NCBI GenBank assembly: GCA_003230085.1
Contig: QIGV01000129.1
Span: 1 to 59,665 of the forward strand
DNA: 59,665 nt
DNA from: Gammaproteobacteria bacterium
GTDB lineage: Bacteria; Pseudomonadota; Gammaproteobacteria; SZUA-140
Direction: 5' to 3'
Of the stretch, positions 34,020 to 42,869 are shown piece by piece. Numbering within the stretch: the first letter of the stretch is position 1; each line of letters opens with the position of its first letter. The position numbers and the translations under genes were made by a program. The notes below the pieces were generated by a model. The model did not search any database, was not told the origin of the DNA, and saw only the letters and a list, made by a program, of their open reading frames with translations.

Positions 34020-35414
34020 TTGGAGTATCTACCTGCATTTCTCAATATCCGTAAACGCCGTTGTCTGGTGGTGGGCGGTGGAGATGTCGCGGCGCGCAAG
34101 GTCGCATTACTATTACGTGCCGCTGGGCTGGTCGAGGTGGTCGCCCCGCAATTAGGCAATGAGCTCAGGGCTCTCTATGAGAAAGGTGAGATCGAATGGC
34201 AGCCAGCCTCGTTTGAGGCAGGGAACCTGGAAAGCGTCATGTTAGTAGTGGCTGCAACGAACGATTCCGAACTCAATCGCAGGATTTCTTTACAGGCAGG
34301 GGAAAAAAATATTCCCGTCAATGTCGTTGATCAGCCGGATTTGTGTAGCTTTATCTTCCCCTCCATTGTTGACCGCTCACCTGTCATTGTCGCGGTTTCT
34401 ACAGGCGGGGCTTCACCCGTGCTGGCGCGTATGCTGCGAGCTCATCTAGAGGCTGCAATTCCTGCCAGCTATGGGCGATTGGCCACATTGATGGGAGAAT
34501 TTCGCGCCAGGATCAAGCAACGCTTTTCAAATTCAGGGCAGCGTCGTAGATTCTGGGAAAAGATTCTCCAGGGACCGGTGACCGAGATGGTTTTTGCCGG
34601 CCGCGAACAGGAAGCAGCTGGATTGATCCAGCGGCAACTGGAGCAGGGTTTGGATGGAGAGGCACGGGGTGAGGTCTATCTTATTGGTGCAGGCCCCGGC
34701 GATCCCGATCTATTAACTTTTCGCGCTCTGCGCCTCATGCAGCATGCCGATGTGGTGTTCTATGACCGCTTGGTTGCACCGCAGATACTCGATATGGTCA
34801 GGCGTGATGCCGAGCGAATCTATGTGGGGAAAAAACGCGACTATCACACTGTCAGACAGGATGAAATCAACCAGTTGCTTGTGGATTATGCCCGGCAGGG
34901 AAAAAAAGTTGTACGCCTCAAGGGGGGAGACCCCTTTATATTTGGGCGCGGCGGTGAAGAGATTGAGACCCTGTCCAAAGAAGGGATCCTGTTTCAGGTG
35001 ATTCCTGGCATTACCGCCGCAAGTGGTTGCGCAGCCTATGCCGGCATCCCCTTGACTCATCGCGATTACGCCCAATCCGTGGTATTCGTTACCGGACATC
35101 TCAAAGATGGCGCCATCAATCTCAATTGGGACAAGATCATCCAGCCACAACAGACCATTGTCATCTATATGGGGCTGGCTGGCCTGGAACTATTATGTCA
35201 AAAATTGATTTCACATGGTTTGAACAAGGATACACCGGTGGCGCTGGTGGAGCAGGGTACCACCCCGCGGCAACGCGTCTTCACAGCGACCCTGGGCAGT
35301 CTGCCAGAGCATATACAGCGAGAGGAAGTCCATGCGCCCACCTTGGTGATCGTCGGTGAAGTTGTGCGCCTTCACGAAACCCTCGCATGGTATAAGCCAG
35401 GTCAGGATTCGTGA
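34020..35414 (+). CDS. cysG: siroheme synthase (precorrin-2 dehydrogenase/ferrochelatase + uroporphyrinogen-III C-methyltransferase)
   Basis: 464 aa. It has an N-terminal Rossmann motif [11 protein letters not shown] and a C-terminal SUMT domain ([29 protein letters not shown]). The start codon is TTG. Confidence 0.92.
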   Translation: MEYLPAFLNIRKRRCLVVGGGDVAARKVALLLRAAGLVEVVAPQLGNELRALYEKGEIEWQPASFEAGNLESVMLVVAATNDSELNRRISLQAGEKNIPVNVVDQPDLCSFIFPSIVDRSPVIVAVSTGGASPVLARMLRAHLEAAIPASYGRLATLMGEFRARIKQRFSNSGQRRRFWEKILQGPVTEMVFAGREQEAAGLIQRQLEQGLDGEARGEVYLIGAGPGDPDLLTFRALRLMQHADVVFYDRLVAPQILDMVRRDAERIYVGKKRDYHTVRQDEINQLLVDYARQGKKVVRLKGGDPFIFGRGGEEIETLSKEGILFQVIPGITAASGCAAYAGIPLTHRDYAQSVVFVTGHLKDGAINLNWDKIIQPQQTIVIYMGLAGLELLCQKLISHGLNKDTPVALVEQGTTPRQRVFTATLGSLPEHIQREEVHAPTLVIVGEVVRLHETLAWYKPGQDS

Positions 35415-35433
35415 GACGTGAGTCCGCAGGGTG

Positions 35434-36021
35434 CTACATCAACGGATTGCAGCTTGCGCCATGTTGCAGCAGTAGTTGGCTGTTGGTGACCTGGTTATTT
35501 TGCTGGGCCAGGCATAGCGGTGTGACGCCATTCCGATTTTCCAAATTAGCATTAGCACCCCTCTCCAGTAACAGGCGCACGCCTTCAACATCGCTATAGC
35601 GTACAGCATCAAATAATGCCGTTTCACCGCTGATGCCAGTAATTTCCGGATCTGCACCAGCATCAAGTAAGATCATCGCGGCGGACAGATCACTTTTTCT
35701 GATAGCCGCGCGCAATGCGGTGATCCCTTTACGCGTATGTTTGTTGACATTGGCACCTCGGGAAACCAAATAACTTACTGCGGCTGTGCGGGCGTACCGC
35801 GCAGAGAAAATCAGAGGGGTACTGCCCACGATATCCTGCCTGTCAATATCAACACCATTATCAAGCAATTGCTTGATCTCTTTTACTCGACCACTTGATG
35901 CCGCGATAATCATCTGCATAAAGGGTGTCAGGCTGGTCGAATATCGGGATACGGCGTTAGCGTTAAAAGAAGCGGCAATCAATAGTAAGGCCCAGCAGGC
36001 GGTCTTGCTTACATCAGGCAC
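35434..36021 (-). CDS. exported ankyrin-repeat protein
   Basis: 195 aa. A signal peptide ends NANA. At least four ANK repeats are present (GSTPLIFSARYARTAAVSYLVSRGANVN, GITALRAAI..., GETALFDAV..., GVTPLCLAQQ...). Confidence 0.85.
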   Translation of the reverse strand: MPDVSKTACWALLLIAASFNANAVSRYSTSLTPFMQMIIAASSGRVKEIKQLLDNGVDIDRQDIVGSTPLIFSARYARTAAVSYLVSRGANVNKHTRKGITALRAAIRKSDLSAAMILLDAGADPEITGISGETALFDAVRYSDVEGVRLLLERGANANLENRNGVTPLCLAQQNNQVTNSQLLLQHGASCNPLM

Positions 36022-36158
36022 ATTGTGATCCTGTTTTTATTATATTGACCAGAATTCTGCCAGAGATGGTAGAGAATTCATAATCAGGATAGCAGGTTTT
36101 GCGGAATTCCTGTTTAATTTTTCTGGGTCGAGTACCCAGCTGCCTGTAGCAAAAAATG

Positions 36159-36221
36159 GTAGGAGCGGCTTTAGCCGCGATGGCTATGCCTGAAAAGCTT
36201 CGCGGCTAAAGCCGCTCCTAC
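36159..36221. repeat. REP-like nested palindrome (22-bp perfect arms, 19-nt spacer)
   Basis: gtaggagcggctttagccgcga at 36159-36180 is the exact reverse complement of 36200-36221. Each arm holds an internal palindrome, gcggct-tt-agccgc. It resembles the GTAGGAGC...GCGA-type repetitive extragenic palindromes of pseudomonads. Confidence 0.8.
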
Positions 36222-36314
36222 AGCCAAAACCCTCGTCTGCTTGCAGCGGGGTAATTTATTGCTTAGATTGCATCATGCATGAAGGGTCCGAGATTCAGTA
36301 GCTAGTGGTTACAC

Positions 36315-37316
36315 TCACTTCTTGGCATTGAACCTATGACGGTTTCGGGTCTGCCACATATCCTTTGCTAGCTGTTCGGCAGCGTCAATGGTATCGGCCT
36401 TACCCGTGAGATGCAGGGCGATTGCCGCAGTACCCGTTACCGCTGCTGTAGCATATTCGTCCTCAAATTCCTCCTGCCATAGGCCTGCAAGACGGGAAAT
36501 GTCCATGGTCTGATCCTTCAAGTGGCGCGGGCCGTTGAACATGGCGGGCCAGGTTTGTTCGTTGGCAGTTTCGCTGTGTACAGACAAGACCTGACAGGGC
36601 ATATCAGGGTTACGCTCGGTTTCACCGCCTTCACCCTTGAATACCGCCATGTGAGGCTGTTTGAGCAGCAAGGCTGCATGTTGGTGAATTGAACCGTAGC
36701 CAGGGTGAAAGATGCCCTGCATTAAAAAGGGCGCCTGCATTGGGTTTAGCATGCGTAACAAGGTATTGATAGGAGAGCGCAGCCCGAAAAGATGGCGCAG
36801 GTTCAGGATGTTTTTGAGTGTCGGGCAGATGTTCTCCAGGCTTATGAAAGCAAAATTGTGTTGTTGGATTTCATCGCCTGCCTGCTGAAAATCGTCACAA
36901 ACAGGGAGTCCGAGCGATTGAATGACATCGGGTGTGTAGATTCGTTTATCCTTGAAGCCATGGGTGCTGTGCATCAGGACAGTGATACCATTTTCAGCCA
37001 GTAGCAGGGCGGACAGGATAAACCAGGGTAGTTGGCGCCGCTTACCGGCATAGCTGGACCAGTCCACCTCGACACGAGGCAGGGCAGGGGGAAGTAACAG
37101 TGAGTTTCGGGCGGCCTTTACAAAACCGGCCAGTTCCTCAGGGCTTTCTTCGCGAATGCGTATTAGCATGAGGAAGGCCCCCAGTTGGGCTGGTTCCACC
37201 TGATCTGCCAGGATCATACCCATCGCCTCGCAGGCTTCATCCATCGTCAGCGAACGAGCGCCTTTCTTGCCCCGTCCCAGGGTACGTACGTATTGAGCGA
37301 AGGGATGCGAATTCAT
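36315..37316 (-). CDS. ybiB: TrpD2/YbiB-family protein (glycosyl transferase family 3-like, putative nucleic-acid binding)
   Basis: 333 aa. The N-terminal FAQYVRTLGRGKKGARSLT..EA...ILADQVEPAQLGAFLMLIRIREES matches the YbiB-type anthranilate phosphoribosyltransferase paralogue. Confidence 0.75.
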   Translation of the reverse strand: MNSHPFAQYVRTLGRGKKGARSLTMDEACEAMGMILADQVEPAQLGAFLMLIRIREESPEELAGFVKAARNSLLLPPALPRVEVDWSSYAGKRRQLPWFILSALLLAENGITVLMHSTHGFKDKRIYTPDVIQSLGLPVCDDFQQAGDEIQQHNFAFISLENICPTLKNILNLRHLFGLRSPINTLLRMLNPMQAPFLMQGIFHPGYGSIHQHAALLLKQPHMAVFKGEGGETERNPDMPCQVLSVHSETANEQTWPAMFNGPRHLKDQTMDISRLAGLWQEEFEDEYATAAVTGTAAIALHLTGKADTIDAAEQLAKDMWQTRNRHRFNAKK

Positions 37317-37343
37317 GCCTGCATTGTCGACGATATCAGCAGT

Positions 37344-37375
37344 AAAAAAAAGCCCCGGAGCAGGCCGGGGCTTTT
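37344..37375 (-). terminator. rho-independent terminator after the BI-1/YccA gene
   Basis: The stem is gccccgg (37352-37358) paired with ccggggc (37365-37371). On the minus strand it is followed by a run of 8 U (A8 at 37344-37351 on the plus strand). Confidence 0.8.
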
Positions 37376-37397
37376 AAGCTGGTTTGATGACAGAAAT

Positions 37398-38066
37398 CTA
37401 GTCGTCGCCGCTGAACGCACCTATCAGATGCAGTAGGCTCAGGAACAGATTATAGATGCTGACATACAGGGTGACAGTCGCCATGATGTAATTGGTCTCG
37501 CCACCATGTATCAACTGGCTGGTCTGATACAATATCAGTCCCGACATTAGCAACACGAACATGCCCGATATGGCTAGGCTCAGTGCCGGTATGTTGAGGA
37601 AAATTGCGGCTATAGATCCGAGGAATGCGACCAGTATTCCAACCATCAGGAATCCGCCCATAAAACTGAAGTCCTTGCGGGTGGTCAGTGCATAGCCGGA
37701 GAGCCCAATAAAAATCGCGCCAGTACCTCCCAGGGCCGTCATGACGACCTGGCTCCCATTTGGCAGGTTGAGATACATGCTGATGATTGGTCCCAGTGTC
37801 AGCCCCATGAAACCAGTCAGCGCAAAAACGGCCGCCAGTCCCCAAACACTATTTTGCAGCTTGTGGGTCAGGAACAGTAATCCGAAATACCCGACAATAG
37901 TCAGCAGAAAACCTGGGTAGGGCAGGTTGAAAACAACCGAAGCGCCTGCCGTAATCGCGCTGAAGATCAGCGTCATCGATAACAGCGTATAGGTGTTGCG
38001 TATGACCTTGTTGGTGGCAAGAACAGAACTGGGGGCTCTGCTGATGCCGGCATTTAATGGATTCAT
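37398..38066 (-). CDS. Bax inhibitor-1/YccA family membrane protein
   Basis: About 222 aa with seven predicted helices. The N-terminal VIRNTYTLLSMTLIFSA is typical of the BI-1/YccA family. The start was set at the ATG at 38066. Confidence 0.85.
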   Translation of the reverse strand: MNPLNAGISRAPSSVLATNKVIRNTYTLLSMTLIFSAITAGASVVFNLPYPGFLLTIVGYFGLLFLTHKLQNSVWGLAAVFALTGFMGLTLGPIISMYLNLPNGSQVVMTALGGTGAIFIGLSGYALTTRKDFSFMGGFLMVGILVAFLGSIAAIFLNIPALSLAISGMFVLLMSGLILYQTSQLIHGGETNYIMATVTLYVSIYNLFLSLLHLIGAFSGDD

Positions 38067-38261
38067 CGTTTTCAATATCCTCTTACTGTGACAGATATAA
38101 GAAATATAGTGACTATCGGGTAAAAATACAAGGTCGATCATGATACTAAAAGGTAATAATTTTCAACAAAAACCCCTTTAAAATTACGGAAATGCTTCCG
38201 TCAGTTGTAATATCATGTAGAATGACAGCGCTTTTTCAATTCAAGTGAAAAACGCCTATTC

Positions 38262-38349
38262 GGAGAGGTGGCTGAGTGGTCGAAAGCGGCGGTCTTGAAA
38301 ACCGTTGAGGGGTAACCCTCCCAGGGTTCGAATCCCTGCCTCTCCGCCA
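38262..38349 (+). tRNA. tRNA-Ser (anticodon UGA)
   Basis: The cloverleaf was read by hand. The acceptor stem is ggagagg/cctctcc, followed by discriminator G and an encoded CCA. The anticodon loop is cuUGAaa. A long variable arm (tgaggggtaaccctcc) and the T-arm caggg-ttcgaat-ccctg complete it. Confidence 0.93.
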
Positions 38350-38448
38350 ATTAATGAGCATGATTTATTGAATATTTTTAATTAGTTTTTCGTATTTTGT
38401 TTCGTTCTTACTCTTCTGCAAAGTCAAAGCCTTTTAGCTGTCAGCACA

Positions 38449-39363
38449 CTAATAATTTGAATTACCTATAATGATCTGGTGGCTTTCATCAAGGATATAT
38501 TCTAAAAATGTTTGTGCGACTAAAGAGAGCTTTTTGCCTTTTAAATGTACCGCATACCAACGTCGCTTAAGTGGGAACCCTTCAACATTGAGTACTGTTA
38601 ATTTGTTTACATCACGTTCTAGCTGCACGCTGTGTAATGATAATACGGCTATTCCCAGGCCAGCCATAACGGCCTGTTTAAGTGCCTCGCTACTACCGAG
38701 TTCCATATAAGGTTCAATTTCAACTCCGTGCTCTTTCAGCAATTGATCGAAGACATACCGTGTGCCAGAACCTATTTCCCGTATTAAAAATCGTTGCTTA
38801 GCTATCTCCTTTATGGTGATATTTTTCTTATTAGCCAAAGGGTGGTCGTTATGAGCAACGATTCCAAGGATATTATTGAGGAAAGGATATGCCTCAAAAT
38901 TTCCATCTACAGGTATTTGTCCCATTATCACAAAATCATCGTCATTATTCATTAGGCGCTCAATGACACGCGCACGGTTAGTAAACTTTAGTTTTGGTTC
39001 TACTTCAGGGTACTGTTGTAAAAAAACACCTAGTAACTTTGGTAAAAAATATTTAGCGGTGGTTACCACCGACATTTGCAATGGGCCTTTTACCGTCCCT
39101 TTTAGTTCTTCAATAGCAGTTTTTAACTCGTCTACTCTATTTAAAATATCCAGACTGGCTGCATACATCGTTTTACCGGCTGTAGTAGGGAAGGTTTTTT
39201 TTCCGACCTGTTCAAATAAGGGTAATCCAGCTTGTTCTTCCAAACGTTTAATCTGAATAGAAACAGCAGGTTGTGTAATAAAAAGTTCATTAGCCGCGCG
39301 CGTGTAACTGCCAAGACGTGAGACGGATTCGAAGAGTCGTAATTGTTGTAATGTCAGATGCAT
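38449..39363 (-). CDS. cbbR: LysR-family transcriptional regulator of the RuBisCO operon
   Basis: It has an N-terminal helix-turn-helix (LTLQQLRLFESVSRLGSYTRAANELFITQPAVSIQIKRLEE). It is divergent from cbbL with a 199-bp shared control region. The start was set at the ATG at 39363. Confidence 0.88.
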   Translation of the reverse strand: MHLTLQQLRLFESVSRLGSYTRAANELFITQPAVSIQIKRLEEQAGLPLFEQVGKKTFPTTAGKTMYAASLDILNRVDELKTAIEELKGTVKGPLQMSVVTTAKYFLPKLLGVFLQQYPEVEPKLKFTNRARVIERLMNNDDDFVIMGQIPVDGNFEAYPFLNNILGIVAHNDHPLANKKNITIKEIAKQRFLIREIGSGTRYVFDQLLKEHGVEIEPYMELGSSEALKQAVMAGLGIAVLSLHSVQLERDVNKLTVLNVEGFPLKRRWYAVHLKGKKLSLVAQTFLEYILDESHQIIIGNSNY

Positions 39364-39562
39364 AGAAAGACCGATAAACAAAAGTAAATGAAAATGATAG
39401 CAAAAAGTAATTATTATTAATAGTTGATTGGGGCTATATTTCACTCACGCCTGATTAGCAGCATTAAGAGCTTGCTACCCCAGGAACATATATTGTCTTT
39501 GAAAATATATTATAAAGCTATTTTTTCAAAGTTTATCGATAAGCAACTATGAGGAATGCAAC

Positions 39563-40981
39563 ATGGCAAAGACCTATAGTGCGGGTGTAAAAGCATACCG
39601 CGAAACATATTGGGAGCCTGATTACACGGTAAAAGATACCGATATCCTGGCCTGCTTTAAAATCACACCGCAGGACGGTGTTCCTCGTGAAGAGCTTGCA
39701 GCTGCTGTTGCCGCTGAGTCTTCAACCGGTACCTGGACCACCGTGTGGACCGATCTGCTGACTGATCTAGATTATTACAAAGGCCGTTGTTACGCCATTG
39801 AAGATGTACCTGGTGATGACACCTGTTTCTATGCTTTCATTGCATACCCAATCGATTTGTTCGAAGAAGGCTCAGTGGTTAACGTGCTGACCTCTTTGGT
39901 CGGTAACGTATTCGGCTTTAAAGCACTGCGCGCACTTCGTTTGGAAGACATCCGCTTCCCAATCGCTTATGTCATGACCTGTAATGGTCCACCTCAGGGT
40001 ATCCAAATGGAGCGTGACATCCTGAATAAATACGGTCGTCCTTTCCTGGGTTGTACCATAAAACCTAAATTGGGCCTGTCTGCTAAAAACTATGGCCGTG
40101 CCTGTTACGAAGGGTTACGCGGTGGTCTTGATTTCACTAAAGATGATGAAAATGTAAACTCACAACCATTCATGCGTTGGAGAGCTCGTTTTGACTTCGT
40201 AATGGAAGCGATTCATAAAGCAGAAGCCGAAACTGGTGAGCGAAAAGGTCACTACTTAAACGTAACAGCACCTACTTTTGATGAAATGATGAAACGTGCT
40301 GAATACGCAAAAGAACTTGGTGCGCCAATCATCATGCACGATTACCTAACAGGTGGTCTGACTGCAAACACAGGCCTGGCACAGTGGTGTCAAAATAATG
40401 GTATGTTGTTACACATTCACCGCGCTATGCACGCGGTTCTTGACCGCAACCCGCACCACGGCATTCACTTCCGCGTACTAACTAAAGTACTTCGTTTGTC
40501 TGGTGGTGATCACCTTCACTCAGGTACGGTCGTTGGTAAGCTGGAAGGAGACCGCGATGCAACTCTGGGCTGGATTGACATTATGCGCGATTCCTTCATT
40601 AAAGAAGATCGTACACGTGGTATCTTCTTTGATCAGGACTGGGGTTCTATGCCTGGCGTAATCCCGGTAGCCTCCGGTGGAATTCACGTATGGCACATGC
40701 CAGCACTGGTTAGCATCTTCGGTGATGACTCCTGTCTTCAGTTCGGCGGTGGTACATTAGGTCACCCCTGGGGTAACGCTGCAGGTGCTGCTGCTAACCG
40801 TGTTGCGGTTGAAGCCTGTGTTGAAGCACGTAACATGGGTGTTGAGCTTGAGAAAGAAGGTAAGGACATTCTTACTAAGGCTGCAGCACACAGCCCAGAA
40901 CTTAAGATCGCCATGGAAACCTGGAAAGAGATCAAATTTGAATTTGATACTGTTGACAAAATCGACGTAGCACATAAATAA
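39563..40981 (+). CDS. cbbL: ribulose-1,5-bisphosphate carboxylase/oxygenase large subunit, form IA
   Basis: 472 aa with the active-site block [19 protein letters not shown] and form I green-type sequence. It is followed by cbbS and cbbQ/cbbO and has no carboxysome genes nearby, consistent with the IAq type. Confidence 0.97.
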   Translation: MAKTYSAGVKAYRETYWEPDYTVKDTDILACFKITPQDGVPREELAAAVAAESSTGTWTTVWTDLLTDLDYYKGRCYAIEDVPGDDTCFYAFIAYPIDLFEEGSVVNVLTSLVGNVFGFKALRALRLEDIRFPIAYVMTCNGPPQGIQMERDILNKYGRPFLGCTIKPKLGLSAKNYGRACYEGLRGGLDFTKDDENVNSQPFMRWRARFDFVMEAIHKAEAETGERKGHYLNVTAPTFDEMMKRAEYAKELGAPIIMHDYLTGGLTANTGLAQWCQNNGMLLHIHRAMHAVLDRNPHHGIHFRVLTKVLRLSGGDHLHSGTVVGKLEGDRDATLGWIDIMRDSFIKEDRTRGIFFDQDWGSMPGVIPVASGGIHVWHMPALVSIFGDDSCLQFGGGTLGHPWGNAAGAAANRVAVEACVEARNMGVELEKEGKDILTKAAAHSPELKIAMETWKEIKFEFDTVDKIDVAHK

Positions 40982-40989
40982 ACGCCTAC

Positions 40990-41018
40990 CCCTCCTTCTC
41001 CCTCTGGGAGAAGGAGGG
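40990..41018 (+). other. intercistronic 13-bp perfect stem-loop between cbbL and cbbS
   Basis: ccctccttctccc (40990-41002) pairs with gggagaaggaggg (41006-41018) around a 3-nt loop. There is no U-run, so this is probably an mRNA stability or processing hairpin rather than a terminator. Confidence 0.7.
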
Positions 41019-41059
41019 AATCAGGATTAATTTAAAACTAATAATTTGGAGTAAATCAC

Positions 41060-41419
41060 ATGAGTGATGTACAAGATTACAGCTCGAGCTTAAGCGACGC
41101 TGCTACAAGCCGTAAATATGAAACTTTTTCTTACTTGCCTCCTTTGAGCAAAGAATCAACGCGTGCCCAGATTCAGTATATTGTTGATAAAGGCTGGAAC
41201 CCAGGTATCGAACATACCGAGCCAGAGCACGCCATGAGCAATTACTGGTATATGTGGAAGCTGCCGTTGTTTGGTGAAACAAATGTCGATGTTATTATCG
41301 CCGAAATAGAAGCCTGCCATAAAGCGCACCCGGACAACCATGTTCGTTTGTTAGGTTTTGACAATTTTTCACAGTCTGCTGGTACAGCAATGGTTGTACA
41401 CCGCGGAATTTCTGTTTAA
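41060..41419 (+). CDS. cbbS: RuBisCO small subunit
   Basis: 119 aa with FSYLPPL, the EH..PE....YW.MWKLP motif and a position directly after cbbL. Confidence 0.95.
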   Translation: MSDVQDYSSSLSDAATSRKYETFSYLPPLSKESTRAQIQYIVDKGWNPGIEHTEPEHAMSNYWYMWKLPLFGETNVDVIIAEIEACHKAHPDNHVRLLGFDNFSQSAGTAMVVHRGISV

Positions 41420-41451
41420 AACAATAAGGCAGAATGTGAGATTACATGAAA

Positions 41452-41488
41452 AGCCTCTGTCGGGTATATTTCGGACAGAGGCTTTTTT
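41452..41488 (+). terminator. rho-independent terminator/attenuator downstream of cbbS
   Basis: The stem is agcctctgtc (41452-41461) paired with gacagaggct (41474-41483). The T6 tract (41483-41488) begins at the last stem base. Confidence 0.8.
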
Positions 41489-41529
41489 ATCCATAACTAA
41501 GACAGCATATACTGGTTATAAGGTTTTCT

Positions 41530-41841
41530 ATGGCACGTCCTGATAAATATATTGGTGTTCAAAACGAAGTCAACGGTGGCATGACCACAATTGGGAAAAT
41601 CATTCGTGATGCATGGGTCTTCAGTTTGATTGATGAGTCGGAGACTTGTGAAGGCTGGAACTTTTCGCGTGTCGATGCTTTATTGGATAAGGTCAATAAT
41701 GAGTGGGATAAATATGGTTGCCTGGCGAGTAATTTACCCGCAGAGCTGTTTGAGAAACACCAGAGGATACATGGAAAAGCGATCGAAGCAGCGTATGCTG
41801 CTGGTTGGTGTGGTGAAGTAGAAACTGAGGATGAGGAATAA
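41530..41841 (+). CDS. hypothetical 103-aa protein with an acidic C-terminus, located between cbbS and cbbQ
   Basis: The ORF runs on the same strand as the cbb genes and fills the cbbS-cbbQ gap. A weak SD (AAGG) lies 7 nt upstream. The C-terminus is EVETEDEE. No family was recognised. Confidence 0.55.
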   Translation: MARPDKYIGVQNEVNGGMTTIGKIIRDAWVFSLIDESETCEGWNFSRVDALLDKVNNEWDKYGCLASNLPAELFEKHQRIHGKAIEAAYAAGWCGEVETEDEE

Positions 41842-41936
41842 CCAGCCCAATAATAAATTTTATTTTTATAGCTTCAAAAATGATGTTGAAACATTTTATC
41901 TTTAGTTAAGTAAAAAGATTTAGAAAACAAGAGAGA

Positions 41937-42764
41937 ATGACTATGTCCATTATTGAAAATGTCGTAGATACCGAACAATATCTAATCAAAGATGAACCAT
42001 ACTACGAACCGGTGGGACAGGAGTTAGCCTTATACGAATCTGCGTATGAAGTTCGTATGCCTATGATGATCAAGGGCCCTACTGGTTGCGGAAAATCTCG
42101 TTTTATTGAATACATGGCATGGAAGCTGGGTAAGCCGTTGATTACGGTTGCCTGTAACGAAGATATGACCGCCTCGGATCTGGTCGGTCGCTTCTTGCTT
42201 GATAAAGACGGAACCAAGTGGCAGGATGGCCCGCTAACAACTGCGGCGCGTATTGGCGCTATTTGTTACCTTGATGAAATCGTTGAAGCGCGTCAGGACA
42301 CGACAGTTGTTATTCACCCGCTTACCGACCACCGCCGTAGCCTGCCATTAGATAAAAAAGGCGAGTTAGTTCAGGCCCACCCTGATTTTCAATTGGTTAT
42401 TTCGTACAACCCAGGCTATCAGAGTTTAATGAAAGATTTAAAACAGTCGACGAAGCAGCGTTTCGGCGGCCTGTATTTTGATTATCCTGAGGAAAAGATT
42501 GAAATAAATATCGTCTCCAGGGAGTCTGGAGTCGATGCTGAAACCGCAGAAAAACTGGTGCATATCGCACAGCGTGCACGCAACCTGAAGGGTCATGGTC
42601 TGGATGAAGGTATTTCGACGCGCTTACTGGTTTATTCTGGTCAGCTGATCGCTAAGGGTGTGTCACCCCTGGAAGCTTGCAGTATGACGATGGTGACACC
42701 TTTAACTGATGATCCCGACATGCGCGATACACTGAATGCCTCTATTGAAACATTTTTTGGATAG
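41937..42764 (+). CDS. cbbQ: RuBisCO activase subunit CbbQ (MoxR-type AAA+ ATPase)
   Basis: 275 aa with Walker A GPTGCGKS, Walker B CYLDEIVEA and the typical CbbQ/NirQ/NorQ sequence. Confidence 0.93.
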   Translation: MTMSIIENVVDTEQYLIKDEPYYEPVGQELALYESAYEVRMPMMIKGPTGCGKSRFIEYMAWKLGKPLITVACNEDMTASDLVGRFLLDKDGTKWQDGPLTTAARIGAICYLDEIVEARQDTTVVIHPLTDHRRSLPLDKKGELVQAHPDFQLVISYNPGYQSLMKDLKQSTKQRFGGLYFDYPEEKIEINIVSRESGVDAETAEKLVHIAQRARNLKGHGLDEGISTRLLVYSGQLIAKGVSPLEACSMTMVTPLTDDPDMRDTLNASIETFFG

Positions 42765-42869
42765 AACATATCAGGAATATAGTGGCAGTAATATCGCGAG
42801 CTGAAGTATTCGAATTATTAATACTTCTACCTCTACCTCTTGTTGTTCTGGCCATGATAGAAACATTAT

